From contig CAYWPS010000002.1 of assembly GCA_964460165.1 (NCBI GenBank), forward strand, positions 2,709 through 66,708: 64,000 nucleotides of DNA, given 5' to 3'. The notes under the pieces are model-generated. The model ran no database searches, had not been told where the DNA came from, and saw only the letters and a program-made list of their open reading frames with translations. The stretch is from an uncultured Ruminococcus sp. (lineage in GTDB: Bacteria > Bacillota > Clostridia > Oscillospirales > CAG-272). Numbering within the stretch: position 1 is the first letter of the stretch; each line of letters starts with the position of its first letter. Of the stretch, positions 57,052 through 64,000 are shown piece after piece. The position numbers were made by a program, and so were the translations under genes.

Positions 57052-57495
57052 ATGAAGGTAATTTTACTTTGTGACGTAAAGGGTCAAGGAAAAAAGGATC
57101 AGATCATAAACGTTTCTGACGGCTACGCACGCAATTTCCTTTTCCCTCAGAAGAAAGCTATTCCCGCCGATGCGAAGGCTACCAGCGACCTCAAGAGCCG
57201 CGAGGAATCCAAGCAATTTAAGATCAACGAGGACAGAAAAGCGGCTCAGGCGCTTGCGGATAAAATAAACAACGTTGAGATCAGCATTACCATGGGACAC
57301 GGTCACGACGGAAGGTTGTACGGCTCGGTAACCGCTAAGGATATTGCGGAAGAACTTAAGAAAATCATAAATAACGACGTTGACAAACGAAAAATACTTC
57401 TTAAGGAGTCCATAAAAGCATACGGTAAGTATTCTGTTGAAATAAAGGTACATCCCGAAGTAACCGCTAAATTCGTAGTTCACGTACACGACTGA
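57052..57495 (+). CDS. rplI: 50S ribosomal protein L9
   Basis: [36 protein letters not shown] is the canonical L9 N-terminus. Confidence 0.9.
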   Translation: MKVILLCDVKGQGKKDQIINVSDGYARNFLFPQKKAIPADAKATSDLKSREESKQFKINEDRKAAQALADKINNVEISITMGHGHDGRLYGSVTAKDIAEELKKIINNDVDKRKILLKESIKAYGKYSVEIKVHPEVTAKFVVHVHD

Positions 57496-57518
57496 TCAAA
57501 CAAAAGTAGGAAGAAAAA

Positions 57519-58904
57519 ATGGACGAAAGCAATGTACTAATAAAGCAAATGCCAATGTCTGTTGAGGCAGAGCAAGCGGTACTCGGGGCAATAATTATCA
57601 AACCGGAATCCTTCGATCATATCGGCGGCATGCTTACGGCTAATGATTTTTATCTCGAGGACCACAAAAGAATCTACTCCACGCTCTTGCAGATGTATGG
57701 CGAAAGCAAAATTATAGATACTGTTACACTCGTCAACTCAATTTCCGACCAAAACGGCAAGGATAAAGAGAGCACGATACAGTATATTACCTTGCTTGCG
57801 GAATCCGTGCCATCTGTGGCTAACGTAAAGGACTATGCAAGAATCGTCAAGGATAAATCTATTTTAAGAAGCCTTATAGGCGCTTGTGACGACATTAACA
57901 GAGATGCATACGAAGAGAGCTCCCCTGTAAGAGTAGTGCTTGACAGTGCTCAGCAGAAAATATTTGATATTTCCAACGGCAACGATACAAAGGAATTCAG
58001 ACATATCCGCGATATACTCCACAACGTATATCAGGATCTTGAGACTCTCCAGGATACCAAGGGCGCAGTCACCGGATCCAAGACAGGATTTTCCGCACTC
58101 GATAAAATGCTAGTGCAGATGGGTAAGGGAGATCTTGTAATCGTTGGAGCAAGACCTGGTATGGGTAAAACGTCATTTGCTATGAATATCGCAACCAACG
58201 TTGCGAAAAACAGCAGAAAAGCAGTATGCATTTTCTCGCTTGAGATGTCAGGAGAGCAGCTCGTTACACGTATTCTTTCAAGCGAAGCCCTCGTTGACTC
58301 ATACAGCTTACGCTCGGGGCAGCTGAAGAATGAGGATTGGAACAATATTGCAAGTGTCGTTCAAAGTCTTTCAGGATGCGATATATACATCGACGATACG
58401 TCCGCAATTACCACAACCGAGATGAAATCGAAGCTCAGAAGAATTAAGAATCTCGGTCTCGTAGTAGTGGACTACATCGGTCTTATGCAATCTACCGCCA
58501 ATACCGATAACAGAGCTCAACAGGTTGGAGAAATATCAAGAAATCTTAAGATCATGGCAAAGGATCTTGGAATACCGATCATTTGTTGTGCCCAGCTGAA
58601 CCGTGGAACCGAATCAAGACCGGGCGTAGGAAAAAAGCCTACTCTCGCGGACCTTCGTGATTCGGGCTCTATCGAGCAGGACGCGGATATCGTTCTTTTC
58701 CTTTACCGCGACGAGTATTATAAGGATATAAGCGGTAATAAGGATAGCAAGGATACAGAGGGGGTTGCTCCCATCGAGGATACCGCAAATACCGCCGAGG
58801 TAATTATCGCAAAGAACAGGCATGGCTCTGTCGGTAACGTGCGTATGGGCTGGATCGGTCAGTTCACGAAATTCAGGACGCTTGAAGATGTTCAAACTCA
58901 GTAA
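57519..58904 (+). CDS. dnaB: Replicative DNA helicase (DnaB family; DnaC in Bacillus nomenclature)
   Basis: MPMSVEAEQAVLGAII, Walker A GARPGMGKTSFA, Walker B VVVDYIGLM, RDSGSIEQDADIV. Confidence 0.9.
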   Translation: MDESNVLIKQMPMSVEAEQAVLGAIIIKPESFDHIGGMLTANDFYLEDHKRIYSTLLQMYGESKIIDTVTLVNSISDQNGKDKESTIQYITLLAESVPSVANVKDYARIVKDKSILRSLIGACDDINRDAYEESSPVRVVLDSAQQKIFDISNGNDTKEFRHIRDILHNVYQDLETLQDTKGAVTGSKTGFSALDKMLVQMGKGDLVIVGARPGMGKTSFAMNIATNVAKNSRKAVCIFSLEMSGEQLVTRILSSEALVDSYSLRSGQLKNEDWNNIASVVQSLSGCDIYIDDTSAITTTEMKSKLRRIKNLGLVVVDYIGLMQSTANTDNRAQQVGEISRNLKIMAKDLGIPIICCAQLNRGTESRPGVGKKPTLADLRDSGSIEQDADIVLFLYRDEYYKDISGNKDSKDTEGVAPIEDTANTAEVIIAKNRHGSVGNVRMGWIGQFTKFRTLEDVQTQ

Positions 58905-60345
58905 TAAGATCGTAGATATGTTCGCCTCTAAATCCGGAGGCGAGCTATACGACAGAATTCTCGCCACAATTGAGAAGGGGAGAATGGAACCGTTTATGGA
59001 CGCCGGTCTGCTGGTAGGCTTTTCCGGAGGCGCGGATTCCGTTTTCCTGATGTGTTTTTTAACAGAATACAAAAGGCGAAAAAATAAGTCGTTTCCAATG
59101 CTTGCGGTTCATGTGAATCACGGCATACGAGGAGAAGAGGCGGATCGAGACGAACGGTTTTCGCGCTGTTTTTCCAATGCTCTGGGAATTATGTTTGAAT
59201 CGAGAAATATTGATGTTCCCGCTATCAAAAAAGAGACCGGGCTGGGCATTGAAGAAACAGCCAGGAACGCCAGATATTCGGTTTTTAACGGAATAATTGA
59301 TGGCAGAAATGACATTTCTTCAATAGCCGTAGCACACAATGCGACCGACAATGCTGAAACAGTAATTATGAACATACTTCGTGGAAGCGGCTTGTCGGGA
59401 GTCTGCGGAATTAAGCCTACGAGGCAAAATATCATAAGACCCCTGATCTCGATATCAAAAAGCGAAATCCTCTCAGCACTTCAAGCAAGCGATATTCCTT
59501 ATGTTACGGACAGCACGAATCTATCGTCGGATTATACTCGCAATTACGTACGTAACGAGATCCTTCCGCTACTATCACGTCTTTCGGATAATCCTGAATT
59601 ATCCTTCACCAAGCTGACCGATAACCTACGGAGCGACCTTGAATATCTAACAATGACGGCAGATTTATTTATCGCAAATGAATGCTCGGATAAGATACTT
59701 TCGTCTAAGCTCAGAGAATTACATCCCTCTATTCAGGCAAAGGTCATTTCATCACTTGTACATTCAAGCACGGGCGAGTATCCGGAGGAAAAGCACATTT
59801 CTGCGCTTCATGAGCTTTTAAAAACGGACAATTTTAAATATTCTTTACCGGGTGAAATGAATTTCATCTGTCAGAGAGGAATATGCACCTTTTCACCTAA
59901 AAAATGCGAAAATAAGATTGCAAAACAAATATTTTCATTAACAAAGGGTGAAAATAAAATAAGCGGCACCAATCTTACCGTTTACATTGGGGATATTGAT
60001 AAATCTTCTTTAAATGTTTACAAATTTTCAATACAAGCAAATCTGTCATCTGCTATAATAGATGATGGTTTAGTGCTGCGCTTTAGATCCGAAGGCGATT
60101 CATACAGGTACGCGGGAATGACACATAAACTCAAAAAAGTGTTTAATGACAGAAGCATCCCTGCATCTGAAAGAGCCTTGATCCCGATACTTTGCGACTC
60201 ACAAGGCATCGTGCTAGTTCCCGGAATGTTGGAAAGAGATGGCGCAAAAAGCGATATTACAACAAATAACCTTCCCATCACGTTTGCATACGGTTTTCCG
60301 ACGGACGGCGAAACGGAAGTATTTTCAGCTCTCTTGCGCATGTAA
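58888..60345 (+). CDS. tilS: tRNA(Ile)-lysidine synthase
   Basis: PP-loop GFSGGADSVFL and a TilS substrate-binding C-domain. Start placed at ATG 58888 (MFKLSNKIV), overlapping the dnaB end by 17 nt. The ORF-track start 58822 lies deep inside dnaB. Confidence 0.85.
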   Translation: MFKLSNKIVDMFASKSGGELYDRILATIEKGRMEPFMDAGLLVGFSGGADSVFLMCFLTEYKRRKNKSFPMLAVHVNHGIRGEEADRDERFSRCFSNALGIMFESRNIDVPAIKKETGLGIEETARNARYSVFNGIIDGRNDISSIAVAHNATDNAETVIMNILRGSGLSGVCGIKPTRQNIIRPLISISKSEILSALQASDIPYVTDSTNLSSDYTRNYVRNEILPLLSRLSDNPELSFTKLTDNLRSDLEYLTMTADLFIANECSDKILSSKLRELHPSIQAKVISSLVHSSTGEYPEEKHISALHELLKTDNFKYSLPGEMNFICQRGICTFSPKKCENKIAKQIFSLTKGENKISGTNLTVYIGDIDKSSLNVYKFSIQANLSSAIIDDGLVLRFRSEGDSYRYAGMTHKLKKVFNDRSIPASERALIPILCDSQGIVLVPGMLERDGAKSDITTNNLPITFAYGFPTDGETEVFSALLRM

Positions 60346-60381
60346 GAGACAATTTCAATCAAGAAAGGCAACAGTTTACTA

Positions 60382-62517
60382 ATGAAAGTAAATTTTAAAA
60401 GCTTATTACTGCTGGTCCTCGTAATAATTGCGGTAATTACAGCTGTATCGTTGTTCAACGAGGCTAAGGCTGACAAAACGGATTTCACGTACGGTGACCT
60501 TGTACAGCTCTTTGAGGAAGACATGGTAACCAGTTGCGTCATCGACGGCGAATCGGTAGTTACAGTTAAAACCTTTGAGGTAGAAACGGATAATAACGGC
60601 TTACTTCAAAAGGACAGCGAAGGTAAATTCATATATAAGCTAAATAATGAAGGAAAGCTTATTGAAAAGGAATACACCTATGAGCTCAACTATATGTTCC
60701 AGGTCGAGAATATTCATGAGTTGGCTTCGCAAAGCGAAAACATAGAATATTATAATTATCTTAGGGCAGAAGAAACTCCATGGTATATGACTTATCTTCC
60801 GTTTATAATTCTTGGAGTACTGTTTATAGTTCTTTGGATATTCGTTATGAAGAGCGCCGGCAGCTCAGCAGGCGGAAAGATGGGTTCATTCGCAAAATCT
60901 CGAGCAAAGGTCACAGTAGGCGATAAGGACGCTGTGAAGTTTGCCGACGTCGCAGGCGCGGAGGAAGAAAAAGCTGAGCTGGAGGAAGTCGTTGAATTTC
61001 TTAAAAATCCGGCAAAATTCGTTAAGCTCGGCGCGCGAATTCCCAGAGGCGTTCTTCTCGTGGGACCTCCCGGTACAGGTAAAACGCTTCTTGCCAAAGC
61101 AGTCGCCGGCGAAGCAGGCGTTCCTTTCTTTTCGATATCCGGCTCGGACTTTGTGGAAATGTACGTTGGCGTTGGTGCGTCGAGAGTCAGAGACCTGTTC
61201 GACAGCGCAAGAAAGACTCCCGCAAGTATAATCTTTATTGACGAAATAGATGCCGTGGGTCGTCATAGGGGCGCAGGTCTTGGCGGCGGTCACGACGAGA
61301 GAGAGCAAACGCTCAACCAGCTTCTTGTTGAAATGGACGGCTTTGGTACTAACTCGGGCGTTATCGTTATGGCGGCTACAAACCGTCCTGATATTCTTGA
61401 TCCCGCATTGCTCCGTCCCGGAAGATTCGACAGACGTGTAACGGTTAATTATCCCGATATGAACGGCAGAGAAGCAATACTCAAGGTTCATTGCAGAAAT
61501 AAGCCGCTTGAGGAAACGGTAGATCTCCACAAGATAGCGCAAACAACTATCGGATTTACCGGCGCGGATCTCGCCAATCTTATGAATGAGGCTGCGCTTC
61601 TTGCCGCTAAAAAGGATAAAGCGCTTATAGGCATGCAGGAAATCGAGGACTCTTATATGAAGATGCTTCTCGGTCCTCAGAAAAAGACCAAGGTAAGAAC
61701 AGACAAGGATAACAAGCTTTGCGCATATCACGAGGCGGGTCACGCAGTCGCTTCCTACTATTGCGCGCACACCGATCCCGTCAAGCACATTACAATAATC
61801 CCCGCGGGTGGCGCGGGCGGTGTAACGCTCAGTGTTCCTACCGAGGATAAGATGACGAGCTCGAGAAATGAAATGCTAGATGATATAATCATGGGACTCG
61901 GCGGTCGTGTAGCCGAAGCAATAATTCTCGACGACATCTCCACCGGCGCTTCCAGCGATATTCAGCACGCGACTCGCATAGCGAGAAATATGGTTACACG
62001 GTATGGTATGAGCGATGTACTCGGTCCCGTGCTGTACGGTAACGAGCATTCATCTGATGAAGTGTTCCTCGGAAGAGATTTCTCATCCGGACAAAATTAT
62101 TCAGATAAGACCGCGGCAACGATCGACGACGAAATTCGCGCTATTATCATGTCTGCATATGAGAAGTGCAAGGCTATACTCGAGGAGCACATCGATAAGC
62201 TCCACTTTGTCGCAAACTTCCTTCTCAAAAACGAATTTATGGACGAAGATCAGTTCATAGCTTGTATGGAAATAGATAACCCGACCATCGAGGAAATTGA
62301 ACAGATTGCTGAGGAACGAAAGCGTGTAAGCGAAGAAGAGAATAAGACGGCACACAAGAAAAACGCGAGAAATGAGGAGCTTGAAAGAGAAAGAGCTCAG
62401 CTCGCCGAAGAAGCTCTCAGGGCAAATATGATCGAGGGTAAGCCTGCTGATAATGATTTCGATCTTTTTACAGCGAACGGACCTATCGATCCTGATAGCG
62501 ATGACGAAAACAAATAA
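60382..62517 (+). CDS. ftsH: ATP-dependent zinc metalloprotease FtsH
   Basis: Two TM helices, AAA Walker [14 protein letters not shown], Walker [13 protein letters not shown], and the zinc site HEAGHAV. Long charged C-terminal tail. Confidence 0.95.
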   Translation: MKVNFKSLLLLVLVIIAVITAVSLFNEAKADKTDFTYGDLVQLFEEDMVTSCVIDGESVVTVKTFEVETDNNGLLQKDSEGKFIYKLNNEGKLIEKEYTYELNYMFQVENIHELASQSENIEYYNYLRAEETPWYMTYLPFIILGVLFIVLWIFVMKSAGSSAGGKMGSFAKSRAKVTVGDKDAVKFADVAGAEEEKAELEEVVEFLKNPAKFVKLGARIPRGVLLVGPPGTGKTLLAKAVAGEAGVPFFSISGSDFVEMYVGVGASRVRDLFDSARKTPASIIFIDEIDAVGRHRGAGLGGGHDEREQTLNQLLVEMDGFGTNSGVIVMAATNRPDILDPALLRPGRFDRRVTVNYPDMNGREAILKVHCRNKPLEETVDLHKIAQTTIGFTGADLANLMNEAALLAAKKDKALIGMQEIEDSYMKMLLGPQKKTKVRTDKDNKLCAYHEAGHAVASYYCAHTDPVKHITIIPAGGAGGVTLSVPTEDKMTSSRNEMLDDIIMGLGGRVAEAIILDDISTGASSDIQHATRIARNMVTRYGMSDVLGPVLYGNEHSSDEVFLGRDFSSGQNYSDKTAATIDDEIRAIIMSAYEKCKAILEEHIDKLHFVANFLLKNEFMDEDQFIACMEIDNPTIEEIEQIAEERKRVSEEENKTAHKKNARNEELERERAQLAEEALRANMIEGKPADNDFDLFTANGPIDPDSDDENK

Positions 62518-62521
62518 AAAC

Positions 62522-62555
62522 AAAGCCATCTCGGTTAATGATCGAGATGGCTTTT
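62522..62555. terminator. Bidirectional terminator between ftsH (+) and the carboxyltransferase gene (-)
   Basis: AAAGCCATCTCG / CGAGATGGCTTT stem flanked by an A-run and a T-run. Confidence 0.7.
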
Positions 62556-62574
62556 AATATTAGAATAGTGAAAA

Positions 62575-63975
62575 TTAGATAGCGTGAATACCGTTCTCGG
62601 CATCAGCATTTGCATCGAGCTTATACTTCTGCTGCTTTCTCCAGTTAAAGAACTTGATAGCAACCTGCTCAAAGAGAGCGAGGGAAAGAAGATCCTCCGG
62701 CTGTTCCTCGTAGGGAGCAACTCTTGCTCTCAAGGAGTCAATCTCGGGAGCAATCTTGTCAGCGGGTCTGTAGTCGATGATAGACTCGTCTCCGATTATC
62801 TTCTTTTTGAAGCTTTCGCTTATAGGAGCAGGAGTTTTGCCGTACTCGCCGCGAACAAGCGCCTTAAACTCCTTAGTAACTCTTGCGTATCTTCCTTCAT
62901 CTGCAAAGATTACATTGTTAACTGCCTGAGTACCAACGATCTGCGATGAGGGAGTAACAAGGGGCGGGAATCCCGCATCCTCACGAACTCTTGCAACCTC
63001 TTCAAGAACCTCATCAAGCTTATCGGATTTACCTGCCATTTTAAGCTGGGAAATAAGGTTGGAGAGCATACCGCCGGGAACCTGATAACGAAGGGCATTA
63101 ACGTCAACCTTTAGCACCTTGGGGTCAATAAGACCATTCGCAATATACTTCTCTCTGATGGTATTGAAGTGCTTAGCAACAACATCAAGCTTCTCAAGAC
63201 TGAGACCTGTATCGTAGGGAGTTCCCTGAAGCGTAGCAACCAAAGACTCGGTGGGAGTATGAGAAGTACCCATAGCGAGAGGTGAAATAGAAGTATCAAC
63301 ACCGTCGACACCAGCCTCAATAGCCTTAAGGAGCGTCATTGAACCAAGACCCGCGGTATAATGTGTATGAAGCTGCACGGGGATCTTGACGTTGTTCTTG
63401 ATAGTCTTAACAAGCTGGAATGCCTCGTAAGGCTTGAGAAGACCGGACATATCCTTGATACAGATCGAGTGAGCTCCCATCTCCTCAAGCTGCTTTGCGT
63501 AAGCCGCAAAGCCCTCGTTGGTGTGGAAGGGAGAGGTCGTATAGGAGATTGCCGCCTGAACGTGTCCGCCCTCGCGTATAGTAGCTCTTATAGCGGTTTC
63601 AAGGTTTCTTGCGTCATTAAGAGCATCGAATATACGAATGATATCAATACCGTTGGCGATGGATTTTTGTACAAAGTACTCAACTACATCATCTGCGTAA
63701 TGACGATAGCCGAGAATATTCTGACCTCTGAAGAGCATCTGAAGCTTAGTATTCTTAACGTGATCTCTTATGGTTCTGAGTCTTACCCAAGGATCTTCAT
63801 TAAGGAATCTGAGGCAAGAATCAAATGTAGCGCCGCCCCAAGCCTCAAGGGAATAATAGCCAACCTTATCCATATCGTCAAGGATAGGGAGCATTTCTTC
63901 GGTAGTCATTCTGGTAGCAGCCAGGGACTGATGAGAGTCACGGAGGACTGTTTCTGTTATTAAAACCTTAGACAT
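62575..63975 (-). CDS. Carboxyltransferase (5S-type) subunit, oxaloacetate decarboxylase alpha / pyruvate carboxylase B / methylmalonyl-CoA carboxyltransferase family, with no biotinyl domain
   Basis: ITETVLRDSHQSLAATRMTTEEM...LEAWGGATFD...LFRGQNILGYRHY...HTHYTAGLG. The 466-aa protein ends before any biotin-carrier (AMKM) segment. Partner genes would lie beyond the window. Confidence 0.8.
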   Translation of the reverse strand: MSKVLITETVLRDSHQSLAATRMTTEEMLPILDDMDKVGYYSLEAWGGATFDSCLRFLNEDPWVRLRTIRDHVKNTKLQMLFRGQNILGYRHYADDVVEYFVQKSIANGIDIIRIFDALNDARNLETAIRATIREGGHVQAAISYTTSPFHTNEGFAAYAKQLEEMGAHSICIKDMSGLLKPYEAFQLVKTIKNNVKIPVQLHTHYTAGLGSMTLLKAIEAGVDGVDTSISPLAMGTSHTPTESLVATLQGTPYDTGLSLEKLDVVAKHFNTIREKYIANGLIDPKVLKVDVNALRYQVPGGMLSNLISQLKMAGKSDKLDEVLEEVARVREDAGFPPLVTPSSQIVGTQAVNNVIFADEGRYARVTKEFKALVRGEYGKTPAPISESFKKKIIGDESIIDYRPADKIAPEIDSLRARVAPYEEQPEDLLSLALFEQVAIKFFNWRKQQKYKLDANADAENGIHAI

Positions 63976-64000
63976 TTTTTAATCCTTTCCAATTAAATTT

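Noticed and set aside
58822-58887. Upstream extension of tilS into dnaB
   Set aside because: It overlaps the conserved DnaB C-terminus by 83 nt. An internal ATG at 58888 gives a normal TilS N-terminus ahead of the PP-loop.
60886-61788. 300-aa minus-strand ORF inside ftsH
   Set aside because: It is antisense to the AAA+ and protease core of FtsH, which is unambiguous. This is a shadow ORF.

Overview
This 64-kb chromosomal segment comes from a spore-forming Firmicute that looks Clostridia-like (spoIIGA-sigE and spoVT are present). I call about 49 protein genes and 2 tRNAs, almost all core housekeeping. On the + strand, topA (5'-truncated)-trmFO-plsX-rnc-radical SAM-smc-ftsY-yhbY-nadD-yqeK-rsfS-leuS are packed with overlapping or abutting stops and starts. 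They are followed by tRNA-Gly/tRNA-Arg, spoIIGA-sigE, rpmE, hflX-yigZ, dnaG-rpoD, an SBP-like lipoprotein, a Wzz-like/BY-kinase/PHP-phosphatase trio and spoVT. On the - strand are a DUF3048 protein, a 94-aa unknown and tmcAL. Next come ackA, a PRK06851-like ATPase (-), then coaE, an M18 aminopeptidase, prfA-tsaC and a ParC/GyrA-like subunit A. On the - strand follow a 2,111-aa secreted heparinase II/III-like multidomain protein and an orphan OmpR-type response regulator. The rest is ychF, comEC-dagK-rarA-recG (-), gdpP-rplI-dnaB-tilS-ftsH, and a carboxyltransferase subunit (-) at the right edge. Many consensus sigma-A promoters (TTGACA-17-TATAAT class) and intrinsic terminators are visible. 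I see no transposase, integrase, phage, CRISPR or recognisable defence genes, and I cannot demonstrate a clear novel multi-gene system from sequence alone. The most unusual items are: (1) the giant secreted protein with its own promoter and terminator, next to a monocistronic orphan response regulator; (2) a BY-kinase whose tyrosine cluster is encoded by a 9-bp tandem repeat and is followed by a long acidic tail, in a regulatory trio with no polysaccharide biosynthesis genes; (3) a structured 330-bp non-coding spacer with a minus-strand-oriented terminator; (4) a ComEC with a degenerate metallo-beta-lactamase domain. All functional calls rest on motif and pattern recognition by eye, not on database searches.
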